From: Fimicolochytrium jonesii
Taxonomy: Eukaryota
Reading direction: 5' to 3'
DNA: 47,284 nucleotides
Assembly: GCF_025526975.1 (NCBI RefSeq)
Contig: NW_026515669.1
Coordinates: forward strand, 2,108,001-2,155,284
In this document: positions 1 through 12,028 of the stretch, piece by piece
How positions within the stretch are numbered: position 1 is the first letter of the stretch
Layout of the letters: the number at the start of each line of letters is the position of its first letter
Notes under the pieces: generated by a model
What the model was told of the DNA's origin: nothing
What the model saw: only the letters and a program-made list of their open reading frames with translations
Database searches by the model: none
Position numbers and translations under genes: made by a program

Positions 1-810
1 GACCGCACCTGGTTTGTGGCCGACCAGATGCTGTTGCGTGTCAAAAAGGAAACAGCGGTCATTTCGATTCCGTCGCCCACCGGGTCGGGTGGATCAGCCT
101 GCCCTCTACTGTTTGGTCGAGGTGGCCGGCCGTGCCGGATTCAGTGCGGAGTGTGCACCTAGGTATAGTCACCTTTCTTCCTGGAGGACCTCTGACTTCA
201 TCAATGCTTCATGAAACTGGAAGATCGATGAACAACCGGGTGCTCTGCGCTGTCGAGTCCCGTGTATGAGTGGCATGGTCAACTGCCTGTCAAACGGGAC
301 CGAAATGCACTATGCGTGAACAACCTACGAGGCTCTTTCCACTGGATATATCGACATTTAGTCGACCTATGCAGAGACATACATTGATGAATGAATGGTG
401 GAAGTGGAAGAGCTTATCAACCCCTGTTGAGCTGGGTTGCGAGTGAAATTCAGTTGCTTTCTGCTTGTAACAAAACAAGAACAGACCCGCCCTTTCATTT
501 TGCATCGTCATACGTTTCCCGGCAGAAACTGGTCCCCGCTTTAGATGCCATCCTGCGAGGCGCCTCATCCAAGGATCTGTATATACTCGACGTCGCATTG
601 GCGACGTGTTAACTAAGAAATACAATACTTTGTTTCCTCTCATCTAGAGGGTGCCGTATCTTTGTACATTCACCGTAAACGATATCCTGCCATCGTCCCC
701 CATACGTGAGCGGTTCATCTTTCGAATTCCTCCGGAAATCAAATATATTTGGGAAATGAAAATACGCTACTACAAGGCAAGGGAGACTACATTGGAACAA
801 AATTACATAA

Positions 811-1398
811 CTACAAGGCAAGGTTGACTACATTTGTACCCCGATCCAAGATGCTGTGAGCGCTTCTGGGTTTCAAGTGCAAACGGCATGGGCAGCTCCA
901 ATCACAAGGAGTCTCCCCATCCATGGCACAGTTGCCCATCAGCCAGTGGCATACCCGGTCATCCGAATCGCCCGCGTAATAAAACACCGAGGTGGCTTCC
1001 GGTGTCATGCACACCTCCCACCACGTCTCCTGGGGAACTCCCTCGTCCAACAACGTCACATCCGTGGTTGTCTCCACAATTAGCCCACAGTCATCCCGGA
1101 TGAGATATGTTTTCATCGACAACATTTTCTTGTCTGTGATGGGTATCGCAACTTTGAAGGCTTGTTGAGATCGTGTAGACGTTAAGGGCGACCTACTATC
1201 GGACGTAGTGATCGAGAAGTTGATATCCTTGACTCGGGCACGTCTTGTGAGGTGGTGACTGACAACAGCAGATGCCTTCTTGAAAAGCTCGCGACTGATA
1301 TCGGTTCTTCCTTGTATCAGGAGGAACTGGGGAAGGTCGTCCCACGATAGACGGTCAAAATACTTGTTCGAGATCTCTTGGGGAAAGGAGGTGGGCAT
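811..1398 (-). CDS. F-box-like N-terminus protein with C-terminal HWLxGxC...CDWxCPCRxHLKP motif (family 1, copy a)
   Basis: 195-aa intronless ORF. N-terminus FPQEISNKYFDRL resembles an F-box start. C-terminus CHWLMGNCAMDGETPCDWSCPCRLHLKPRSA aligns by eye with KHWLWGACALSESRDELCDWRCPCRDHLKPASA in 19252..20073. Confidence 0.65.
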   Translation of the reverse strand: MPTSFPQEISNKYFDRLSWDDLPQFLLIQGRTDISRELFKKASAVVSHHLTRRARVKDINFSITTSDSRSPLTSTRSQQAFKVAIPITDKKMLSMKTYLIRDDCGLIVETTTDVTLLDEGVPQETWWEVCMTPEATSVFYYAGDSDDRVCHWLMGNCAMDGETPCDWSCPCRLHLKPRSAHSILDRGTNVVNLAL

Positions 1399-3915
1399 TG
1401 TGGGTATCGTGAGGAGTGTGAAGTTTGCGGCTGTTCAAGATTGTGGGCAACCGAAGGGTGAAGGCCGACGTTGGGTTGGTCCCGGGAGAATGTTTGTGTA
1501 TGCAGCCAGCCCCAGGATGGTGGAACCAGAGACTGGTATATATATATGTACCTGCACCGTAGATTTGTCTTTCGGCCGTACCATGTCGCAGGACGGGGCT
1601 TGAGATCTCGGTTGCTCATGCTCACTTTATTGGCGTGACAGGAGATACGTCACTACCATGTGGACAAGCAAGGGTGCTCCCCGAAAGTTTTCTTGACGAG
1701 ACTTGGCATAGGACGGTTTGGTTATTCGCCGATAGCAGAAAGGGGATGGGGAATGAAGATAATGATAGTGACGGGGAGTGTAAACGGCAATTGGAAAGGG
1801 AAGGGGGGGGGGGGGTTCTGCTACGCGTCCCAAGATGATCACGAAACGCGTCCATAACAGGAGACTACGCTAAAGGGTGTAGCTCGCGGCACATTGCGGA
1901 CGATACACGCGTCAACAAGACACATTACTTTCTCCAAGCATCCAACCCGGTTGCACGCCCATTTCCCTGCGACTGCATGTTCGAAACAACGATCATCATT
2001 GATGTTTGATGTCCGGCGGACGGCACAAGCCACGGTCATTGTAGCTAGCCGGCATTGCAAGACCGGGACCCGCCCGACCACTCTCATCCCGGCTTGCGTC
2101 CGTTGGGTGTGGTCAAGAGATGCTGCACTCTGGGACTTCTGATTGAATCGTATGAACGTCCTGTATTGACGAGCGATTGGTAGGTACATGCTCGTAACTG
2201 GTACATTTGTTTTGGCACAGCGGGGACTATTTGGGTATGTTGCGGCCCCCCTGTCCACGGACGCCCCTTACGCCGTAGCTGTTTGCCAAGGGCTGTCCTG
2301 TGTTATCAAAGCGGCCCAAGTGGGGAGGAAACGAACATCGCCTCACAGGCTGGTGATTCATCCTTGCACCAGAGTCGAAGTTCTGTGTTTTGTTATGTTA
2401 CGGTGAATCCCTGCCTATCGCAACATAACATTTGCAGAGTAGCACTGGCTGTACAGATGGAGGTTAAGATATACGGTTCAGGAGGTCGTTTTCTTGTTAT
2501 GATATTATAGAGTATTTTTCATGCATACCTGCAAAGGTACAACCAGGAGCAGATCAATGTTGAGTTGAGAATCATAGTAACGTGACAGTAACTCGGCGAG
2601 GACAGCTAGCAAACCCCATTTGCTTCCAACCAGATTGGATATAGAGGAAACCGGATGTTATGATGGGTCGGTCATTAACATCTACATAACCATCATAACA
2701 TGAGAACATAAAAACACTCCGTAGCGTATCATGCATTTTCCCGTTGCTCCATCTGCTTGGGCTGTCACACCACTCACATCAGAGACAACATGGAGCCTGA
2801 CAAGGTTTATCTGTTCCGGAATATGGCAACACCATTGAGGGGCGTTATGTGATGAGGGATGCAAGATATCAGTCCCTCACCGCGTGTCACATCCGACGTT
2901 ACCTTCGACAGAGGGCCATACAAGCCCATACAGCTGGAAAAGGAGCAAACATAGTCCCGAACCTTCACCGCCATGTTCAATATCAATGCATCTCCGCCGG
3001 ATATCTTTCCAAGGCTACGACCGTCTTCCAGCCAGCTTTCCGATTTGACTCAGGAACCTATTCAGTGGACGGATGCAGTCAGATCACGTAAGTAAACCGA
3101 CCTTTGTCCCTTGCCTGCCATACAATATGACGAACGTCGCCGCTCGTGACCTCTATAGCCTCACAAGAAGCTTGAGGCTTCTAGCTTGCACGCTTTCGCA
3201 TCGACGATGAAGATTGGTCAATCGACGGCCATGCTCATTGCTGCTGCGCCAAAGGTCTTCTTTCCCACGACGACGCACTCTATCTTTTCGAGACGTTGAA
3301 ATTGGCTGCCTGGGTGTCGGTGCGTCGATAGGCATGTTGTGGCGAGAACATGGTGCTCAATTTAGCAACAGGGGTGAAATGATGCTCTGATTAGATCAAA
3401 GGAAATGAAACTTACAGGTGGAACAAGCCAAGCATAATACTACACTCGGGGCCTTGCCCTCTCCAAATCTAGACGGAACCAAACAGCGTGGTATGCGGCG
3501 TAGCTCCTTACCTGTATCAGATGTCTTTCTCTTCAGCCGGTTGCCTGATCAATTGGGTGCATTGTCCAATTGCTCAGATTTCCGATCCAGTGGTCTAACA
3601 ACCTGCTATTTTCGGCCACCACCGGAAATCGTGAAGCGCTCAATGATTTCGCGCTGTTGGTGAGAGTTGGTGAGACAGACACACTGCAGCTTTATTTGGC
3701 TCTTTCTACTTGGCTGCAAGTGCTTGAAATGCAATTACCTTTTTCAAGCTGATTTAAGGCCAGGGTTCATGGTCGCGTGTAGGCGTTGAGGACCAAAAGC
3801 AAAACCACCATTTGCAAACGTTCAAAGGCGTCCTCACCCCCGAGCGTTCGCGTTGTTCCTCTCGCACGAACGGTGTCTCTCCTGCTGTAAGCACATCCAC
3901 AGTACCGGAACCCGA

Positions 3916-5532
3916 ATGACACTCTTTCGTTTTCCTATTCTGCTACTTCTCTGCGGGTACTTGCTAGGTGGCGCCGCGGAACCCACCGCAGCGGATATTG
4001 CCGGCGCGGCTTTGGGTAGTCGAAAGGCCGCAGAGCAATATGCGGAAAGGCTCTTGTTCCGTAGCCATCAGGGACATGGCTTTGCCGCCGAACATGTCAA
4101 CAACTTCGTTGAGAACCATATGTCGGACCATACCTCTGCCGTCGTGGGGGGCAACAACGAGAGGAATGGTCCTGATCGTATCAGGACAGGAAGCCAGTTC
4201 CGTGGAGGCGCCCAGCGTGTGCAAGTCAAATACTGGAAGACGGGTCTCCTATCGGTTGTCGACTGCTTTGACCCGAAAACGGGACTCTTCATGTACCTAA
4301 ACGAGGACGGGACGCCTATGGTAATCGAAGTCGCCAAGGACAATTACGAGGCGGCGGTCGCCGCCATGAAGACAAGAATCATGCAAGGCAAGGTGCCTGG
4401 CGTGACCGATGTGGCTGCCGCGGAGAAGCTCAATTCCCGCGGGCATATTACGTATCTTCAAGCCAGAAACATTGCCCGTTTCGGAACCGTGGATGGGCTT
4501 TTCTTCGATGCGCAGACAGGAGCAGTCACATCGCTCGCTTCCGGGGGAATATCGATGTTCCTTACGTTCGCCGGAGATATATGGAAAGGAGAGGATTTCG
4601 ATAAAGCTAGCGGAAATGCCTTCCGCGCCGGAGGGAGGTCACTGAGCACTTCAATCTTCACGCATGTTCTATCCTCGCAAGTGGCTCGCTCTCGCATTGA
4701 ATTACTTCTCCGTCCTATGACGGATTCCGTGGTCAAAAAGCTAGGAGCGGCCACCGCTGCAACCATGGCCAGTACCGTTAGCGGCAAGACCATACACGGG
4801 GCCGCAGCGATGTCTCACATCTCGAAACTCATGAGAGGCACGATCGTTACAAACACCATCTCCACCACTATCATGTCATTGTGGGATGTCAAGCAGTACT
4901 ACAACAGTGAAATCGGCGGCGGGCAAGCAATCAAGAACATTGGAAAAACCGGTACTGGGGTGGCGGCAGGCGGAGCGGGTTGGACCGCCGGAGCTGCTTT
5001 GGGCGCAACCGTTGGGTCAGTCGTTCCTGGCCTCGGAACAGTGGTGGGAAGTGTCGTCGGCGGGGTAGTCGGTTCAGTAGTCAGCGGTCAGCTCGGGTCG
5101 CACGTTGCCGATGTCACCCAAACGAAAGTCTTCCGCATCAAGGACGACAATGCTGTCATGATGGACTACATCCACCAAGTCATTGAAGACTTGGCCAACA
5201 ATTATCTGCTGACGGAGGCGGAATTCGACATCTTGATGGACCATCTGAAGGGTGACATCTTGGAGTCCATCATGTCTGAGATGAAGAAAGCTAGGAAAGT
5301 GACCAAAATGGGAGACACCGCCCTTTCTCAGACCGCCAGACTTCACATCGAGCCTATTTTGGAAAGCATTAGAGAAAAGAATTTGGTCAAACGCTCTCTC
5401 CCAGAATCGGAGCCGGCGGACGGTACGAAAACCGGATTGGTGCTTGAATCCGCCTCGGAGAGAGAAGATTACTACCCCAAAGGTCAGACGGGACGGGCGT
5501 TGGGTGATGCCTTTGAGAATCTGTTCACATGA
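3916..5532 (+). CDS. Signal-peptide protein resembling the bacterial YeeR (CP4-44 inner-membrane protein) family, with glycine-zipper hydrophobic helices
   Basis: Intronless ORF 3853..5532; likely ATG at 3916 (MTLFRFPILLLLCGYLLGGAAE, signal-like). Motifs GHGFAAEHVN, NERNGPDRI, QVKY, PMVIEVAKDNYE, GKVPGVTD, ITYLQARNIARFG recalled from YeeR-type proteins. GxxxG-rich segment GAGWTAGAALGATVGSVVPGLGTVVGSVVGG. Confidence 0.7.
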   Translation: MTLFRFPILLLLCGYLLGGAAEPTAADIAGAALGSRKAAEQYAERLLFRSHQGHGFAAEHVNNFVENHMSDHTSAVVGGNNERNGPDRIRTGSQFRGGAQRVQVKYWKTGLLSVVDCFDPKTGLFMYLNEDGTPMVIEVAKDNYEAAVAAMKTRIMQGKVPGVTDVAAAEKLNSRGHITYLQARNIARFGTVDGLFFDAQTGAVTSLASGGISMFLTFAGDIWKGEDFDKASGNAFRAGGRSLSTSIFTHVLSSQVARSRIELLLRPMTDSVVKKLGAATAATMASTVSGKTIHGAAAMSHISKLMRGTIVTNTISTTIMSLWDVKQYYNSEIGGGQAIKNIGKTGTGVAAGGAGWTAGAALGATVGSVVPGLGTVVGSVVGGVVGSVVSGQLGSHVADVTQTKVFRIKDDNAVMMDYIHQVIEDLANNYLLTEAEFDILMDHLKGDILESIMSEMKKARKVTKMGDTALSQTARLHIEPILESIREKNLVKRSLPESEPADGTKTGLVLESASEREDYYPKGQTGRALGDAFENLFT

Positions 5533-5849
5533 TGGTTGTGAGAGGAGGAAACAGTTATTTTAGAACTTCTGTAGCTGGCGACAGCTGATACCTATTACAC
5601 GCACCCGTTTCACGCGCGGATTACTGCCATGGCAATCATGGCTCTTTCTGCCTTTGCTTATCTACCTCTCTGATTTGCGTTTGTTGGAAAGGAGGGGACT
5701 ACCAGCGTTATGCCCATGGGTTCTCAGTATCTGTAAACCATATAGAATGATCATAATGAAATCTACTAGGTACATACATCTATATTCGAGCGTCTGGTTT
5801 CCGCTATGTGGAGCCAATTGGAACCAGGGTATGAGAGCTGGCGTTCAAC

Positions 5850-7136
5850 ATGGCTAACACGCGCCGCAATATGCACTGTGGGACGCGTGAACGAGACAAA
5901 TCCGAGCAGCCAAGCAGCCACCTCGGTTGCTCATCCCCATTTTGCTGCAACTGCAAGCTCGGAGCTCCCCCTGGGAAATGGGACCGCGGCTGGATTAAAA
6001 CGCTGTATCGACCCGCACAAGCCGCTCGCTTGGGCACTATGCCAAGAGTGTCGATGCTCGTGTTCGCCGTACAGCACATTGCCCGCAACGCACTTCAGGA
6101 GCTGGTGCCCATCACGGACACCCTGATAGGGTGGATCGAGCATAACAAGCTCGACGACTCAGTAGAATGTAAGCTCATCCAGGAGGCGCTAATACGTGCG
6201 GTCTCCCGGGGTGGCATGGACATATACGAGCTTAGCTACGACGAGATCAGTCCGTCCGCCAGGGACCGCGCGTCCACAACGGTTCGGCGTTTGGGAATGC
6301 TCTACTGCTCTGCGCCCGATTTCTACAGCCCCAACGTCAACTCGCAGTCGACCGCATGGCTCAAACGTCGTTGGGTCGACTCCAGTCCACCGTCTATACT
6401 GGTATATCTTGTGCTACACATCGACTTTGCCTCTACCGGAGAAGCCGCGCCGGATCAAAGACGCAACCCGGCTGTGTCTGTATGCCATGATATGTGCGAG
6501 TTAATGGATCTGTATTTGGACGACCGGGCGCATGAGAGAATGTGTTACTCGTGCGTTCGACACGACCCATTGTCGATTGCGAAAACTCGTACTAGAAGGT
6601 TTCGCATCAGCAGGCTGGACCGCGGATCTTATGAGCAGCAGAATGGGAAGATATGGGAAATTCTTGGGACATATGAAGACCGGGGACCTAGAAGACTTGA
6701 ACCAACCAGCATTGTAGCGCAGTTGCATGACTGGAGGGTGTACCTGCTTGTACGGGAAGCGGACTACGCGATGTCGCGATTCAAGCCACATGCCCCAGGG
6801 TTCAACCTGGGGCACCAACCGCCCATCTGGTACAGCGAGTTTGACGACGGTTTCCAGAGCATCGAGGACGACTACAAAGCATGCGTACACAGACAGACTC
6901 TACTCAAAGCAAGTATCATCGGCAAGATTATTGACGCCATGGCCCTGACGCACCGAAACGCGCCATACCACGTTCGGGTCCCCCCTGAGTCTGTATCGGT
7001 GCTTCCCCGGTGGACACTACTAAGATACCCCCGTCCGCCAGGAGCGCGGCGCCCGCGACCTGCGACGAGGATCGCTGAAGAATTGCCCATCGACCAGCTC
7101 TTCGACATCTTCCGGGACGACGGTGGTGGACTGTGA
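5850..7136 (+). CDS. Hypothetical protein, 428 aa, Cys cluster near N-terminus
   Basis: Long uninterrupted ATG-started ORF with protein-like composition; no family recognised. Confidence 0.6.
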   Translation: MANTRRNMHCGTRERDKSEQPSSHLGCSSPFCCNCKLGAPPGKWDRGWIKTLYRPAQAARLGTMPRVSMLVFAVQHIARNALQELVPITDTLIGWIEHNKLDDSVECKLIQEALIRAVSRGGMDIYELSYDEISPSARDRASTTVRRLGMLYCSAPDFYSPNVNSQSTAWLKRRWVDSSPPSILVYLVLHIDFASTGEAAPDQRRNPAVSVCHDMCELMDLYLDDRAHERMCYSCVRHDPLSIAKTRTRRFRISRLDRGSYEQQNGKIWEILGTYEDRGPRRLEPTSIVAQLHDWRVYLLVREADYAMSRFKPHAPGFNLGHQPPIWYSEFDDGFQSIEDDYKACVHRQTLLKASIIGKIIDAMALTHRNAPYHVRVPPESVSVLPRWTLLRYPRPPGARRPRPATRIAEELPIDQLFDIFRDDGGGL

Positions 7137-7319
7137 TTGTTTAGGAATATCTGTCGCAGTTCGAGCCCGGAGATGCCTCCAGGGAACCTAGGGCGTACTA
7201 TGTATTGGTGAGATCGCAACGAAATTCTTGAGCAAGATGAGCTTGGGCACCTGCGCCGTGTTGGGGTATGGAATAGATGGAATGCGGACGATGTACTCGG
7301 CGTCCGTCCGTGAACTACC

Positions 7320-8565
7320 TTAGAGCTCGCTATGATTCCACCAACTAAAAGGATTCCATGGCTTCCCAAAGTAATTATCGTAAGTGGATCTCCAAAACCA
7401 AGGCCGAACCCAGGACACCCATCCAAACCCAAAATAGAACATGATTATATCGAAGAGAGCCGTATATACGTCTTCCCTCTTGATCCCAAGTTTCATGCCC
7501 AGTGCTTGACCCAAAAGTATCGCTTCCCGCATGAATGCTGCTCGGTCCAAGTCGGACCCGTTCCATGACCCAAAACCCATGAAATCTTTCAATGCCGAAA
7601 GCCAGATAGGCAGCAGTTTCTCATACTTTTGCATGTCGGTCAGCTTTGGGTCAGCCCGGATCTCATTTGTCTTCTTGACGAATTCAGACGTGTAGGGTTC
7701 GGGCGATTCGATGGATGTCGTCCCTCCAACCCATCGGTTGGCCCGGATACGAGTTGCCATCGATCATCCTTCCGGCAAGGCTAACGTTGTACTGCACTTC
7801 CATCGACTTAACGATCTCTGATCGAGCATTCGCGGCCGTGTGCCACGCTATCGAGTCCTGAAGACTGAATTGTCAACAAACGACGGTTTCAATTGGACAA
7901 TGGCAAGATTGCTCTCGCAGCCTTCCATTACCTCCTTTTGATTGAAAAAAACGATCGCATTCTTCCAGAATTCCTTCCCGAGTGCCTTGGTGTAGCGGTC
8001 CAACCCTTTCTGTAATCCAATGTCAAGCCTGAACGACATGAGATGATGCATCAGTTTCAAAACATCCGTCGGAAGAGACGTCGCCCACTACCCACTTATT
8101 GTTGGTTCCTCGCATCACGAAAATGAATGCGTTCACTCCGTATTGCAGACTCAACATCGTATGGGCAATGTCTGTCATGATTACGCCTTCAGGCATGTCG
8201 GTCGCTTGAACGCCAGGTGTATCGATTAGGCGAAGACATCCTTGTGCAGTTTTGAATACTTCCATCTGCGTCTCGTTCGTACAAGCCTAAATTGCCAGTC
8301 AGGACACAACCTAACATCAGGCCCAATAGGTATGGTCGCCCCTTACCTTCGCCGTATCGCCTTCGGCAAAAACATGGCTTTTCTTCTCCATTGACCAAGT
8401 TGATTTGAGTTCGTAGATCCGGTTCGCGGTGGTGGATTTCCCAACGCCGGTCGATCCGATGAGCATGAGCACTGTGGCATCGACAGTGCCATTATCGCAC
8501 TTTGCCGCGTACACTGTGACGACGTGAAGCGTGTAGAATACCACGATGGAGGACCAGAACTGCAT
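7320..8565 (-). CDS. AIG1/GIMAP-like P-loop GTPase with signal peptide and hydrophobic C-terminus; 4 exons, apparent frameshift near 7700
   Basis: ATG 8565 (MQFWSSIVVFYTLHVVTVYA). G1 LIGSTGVGKSTTAN, G2 ACT, G3 LIDTPG, then AFIFV and ALGKEFWKNAIVFFN. GT-AG introns at 8346-8287, ~8095-8029 and ~7931-7858. The last exon changes frame between RIART and PYTSEFVK. Confidence 0.8.
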
Positions 8566-9349
8566 GGTCGTGATAGTGGCGGCTCTAGAACCTGGGACAC
8601 GCAGCTGCGTACTCAAGGGTGTCTGTTCCTGCAGGACCACGAAGAGACCCGAATCAAGTAGATACTCGATATCCCGCAGATAGAGCCAGACTAACAGTCC
8701 TGCGATTTGCGTTGACGCTTAGCACTGGACGATGCCGTGGGCGGCTTTCCAAAAGGCTCAGGGTCTAGGAAATCCCGACACATGTCTCCTTTTTGTCCGG
8801 AGTCAATAACCAAGGAGGTCCCTGGGATGAAGCGCTATATTATGCGATACACTCCAGATGAACAGGCCACTTTGCCAGCAGCTGAGGAATGGTATCTTCC
8901 TCCGACGTATGAAAGGGGCGCTTTGGTGGCGTAAAAGCATCGGATTTTCATTGTTCGCACGGCGGGAGATGCCCTCATTGTCCGGGGACACAATGAAATT
9001 GAGACAAGAGACATCGCCGGCGTGAACCTTGTTTCCCCGCGAATTCGATGCTTCCATATCCAGCACCCCTGGAGTGCCCCTCGTCTGATGTCATTGACCC
9101 ATCGAATATATCGGATCCACACACATGCCGGTGCGATTTCGAGGCGCGGTGAGTTGCACGGAAAAGGAACCGTTTCGACTCTGAAGGATATAATTGCAAC
9201 TTATGCTGCGGGCTTCAAATAAGCTCGCATTGAGTTCACCACACGCTGGCTTCGATCACCATTGCATCGCGTGGATCGCCAAGCTCGGGGGCAAACATTG
9301 ACCCGCTACAATCCTGTCATCCAACCCTCCTCCACCCGTCACCGCCACT

Positions 9350-10708
9350 ATGCGGTTGTTCAGCTGGGGTCGGTCGTTCCTCGTGTGTTCTGGGTTCCTG
9401 CAGCCGACTAGCGTGCTTGCCGAACAGAATTCAGGCCTATCGAGGATTGTCGTGACCGGCAAGACGGGCGCTGGAGTTAGCTCCACAGCTAACGCGTTGA
9501 TGGGACGCCTTTACGCCAGCGACCAACTCTTCGCCGTTTGCTCCAGTGCGCGTGTAAGTGACTTTCCCGACGACCGTTTGACCCATCCGTATTGCTACAG
9601 CACAGCGCCGACGACTGACTCACGTTTTCTGGACCGCCGCAGTCTTGTACGACAGAGTGCCAAGTAGAGGCGTCAAAGCAGAACCGTCTCGAAATATGGG
9701 ACGTACCAGGGACGAGGAGTACGACCGTCGATTACCATGCCGCAGTTCCCGTGTGCGTCGACAAGGCTGGAGAGGACCAGGTGCATCTTGTCTTGATTGT
9801 GATCCCGGGGACCGATAACTTAAAGTGAGGATATACTTCTGCTTCAGCGCCCGAGCCCGTTCAAAGCATTTAACGCAGGACGAGGAGCTGAATATTCACG
9901 TATCTATCGAAAGGTTCGGTGAAGACCTGCACTTGTCTCTGAAGGCCATGGAGAATGCGTTTGGAAGAGCCATGTGGAGGAATGCAGCTATACTCTTCAA
10001 TTTTCGGGGGAAGAACGTATGTGGTGTCCCTTCCGTCCGCGGAGACGAGCAATGCACGTCGAAGATACTGACGTTCGATCAACCTCTCAGGACACCATTT
10101 GGGCGGCAAAGGAGGCGGGTCGGGCGTCGTTGGTGGAGGAGATTGAGTCCAAATTCAAAGCTACGCTGGAGGGCAGAGTGTTCAAGGAGTCCTTCGTCGA
10201 AGACGGTAGCGAGCGGGATATCGATTGGGCGACAACGGCTATCGAACTTTCTCGGAGTTTGTCCCCTTTCTCCATCCGACCGGAAAAGATCCGACCGGAA
10301 AAGATAGATGATTCGAAACGTTCGTCGTTGCGGGATATTCTCGACCATGCAGCTGCTTGTATAACGGACTACGGGCATAGCTTCGCTGAGAAGTTCACCA
10401 AGCGAAATCCACAGCCAGACGACGGTAATGGTGGACAAGCAACCGGCGAGAAAGCAGCCGACGGAAATCAACATGGTATTTGGGGCATGATGGAGGCACC
10501 GCAGTGGGCTTGGGAAATGATAATTCAGAACTCGCAGCTCCCTGAGTGGGTGAAAGATGTTCTGCTCGGCAACGACACGCTCCTTCACAAGGCAGTCCTA
10601 GCCTTCATCGCAATTCCGTTGTTGTTCCTCATAATTCAGGTCTATGTCGGGTCGTTCATATCCCTTATAGCCTTCCTACAGAGGTTGCGCAGGTTAGCAG
10701 GGTTTTGA
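9350..10708 (+). CDS. AIG1/GIMAP-like GTPase paralogue with signal peptide, degenerate Walker A and C-terminal TM helix; 4 exons
   Basis: IVVTGKTGAGVSSTANALMG, SCTTECQ, IWDVPG, AFGRAMWRNAAILFN. Introns 9554-9642 (GTAAGT), 9825-~9913 (GTGAGG) and 10017-10090 (GTATGT), at the same positions as in the minus-strand paralogue. TM segment AVLAFIAIPLLFLIIQVYVGSFISLIAFL. Confidence 0.8.
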
Positions 10709-11384
10709 GCGGGATGTTAACATGCGACAACCAAAGAGAATTGGGCGGGAGTTATCTCTTCTTTTTTTTGGGCGGGCGGTGGGGTTGGTGGTTGTGTGCG
10801 GGACTGTACCTTTTCATTTGTGCGGAAGTTAGGTTTTACCTACCGATTGCAGGGCGAGAGCGCTGATTTTAGACTGCTTCACCTGTACTTTCCTATGCAC
10901 ATCATTGCTCGGGAGGGCGTTTAGTCAACCGCACAACGTGTTTAGATCCCACAGTGTACGAAAGCTGGCACGGGAGTAACGGGCAGTGCCCAGCCGATGA
11001 TAACCTTCCCAGGTCGGGTTCTCTCCCTCCCATCCACGAGGAACTCTTCACCTGAACGAAGCAGGTCTTTTCAGCCGCTGATGATTTCCGAGATACGCAG
11101 CCTACTGTGTATGTGGAGCTTTAACGAAATCCTTGACGCTGATGCAGGGGATGACGGACGTCGATACCAGGCATACTAGTCGATGCCAACGGCATCTTGG
11201 TGCTCGCCCAATCATTCATTACCTGGCTGCTTCGTGAAGGAGGGTGCACATGCCGAGCGGAATCTGATTCAATTAACCAGGGAGAGACTTCTGCTCCATC
11301 TTCATTGAGTCCCAGGCCCAGGCACAGTGCGTCTCGTCGGTCACTCTCCCGCCATTATCATTACCCGCTTGTTCGCCCCCATGG

Positions 11385-11502
11385 GCCGCAGTTCCGTTGC
11401 TCTTTACTCTCAAACGATCATCATCTCATATTCGCCGAAACCGCGCAGCTCCGTTGCTCTTTACTCTCAAATGATCATCATCCCATATTCGCCGAAACCA
11501 CG
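11385..11502. repeat. Tandem duplication of a ~60-bp unit
   Basis: gcag(t/c)tccgttgctctttactctcaaa(c/t)gatcatcatc(t/c)catattcgccgaaacc occurs twice in tandem. Confidence 0.85.
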
Positions 11503-12028
11503 GCCCCATGCCATCTCAACGTAGGGAGATCCTTCCGGTCGTCTGTCCATTGCCTATTGCTTCTGGACCCGGACAGGAAGGAACATTCTGCGTAACCTTT
11601 ACTGGAAAGGTCGGTACATTACGCGAGTACCTATCGCAACTTTTCGTCCTCTGCCCGCCTTCCGCTCATTCTGTGAAGGCTTGCGGAGGCCGGGGTCAAC
11701 GATGCCGGTTGAACATAGGCTAGTGGTTTCAAAGCAAACCATCATCGTCGGTGCAGTCATTGTGAATTGCCTATGCGTTCCTGAATCTCACGTATTGCTA
11801 AGAGGCGAGTGTACGTGCGAATGGATCACTCAACAGTGACACTCGTGTTCTCAGGAGCACTTTGCCAACTGGCAACGACTAACTGGAATGCAGCTTTGTG
11901 GGCAGCCTATGAATGTATCGAAGCTCAAAAAATGGCATGATGGGGTTTACACTGGGAAACCTTTATACGCATGCATACCTTGACTCAGCGAGTGAATGCG
12001 GTCAAACGATCGCCTTGAAAATGTAATG

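Noticed and set aside
1600..3750. Several short ORFs and possible splice signals
   Set aside because: No coherent gene model or recognisable domain could be assembled by eye.
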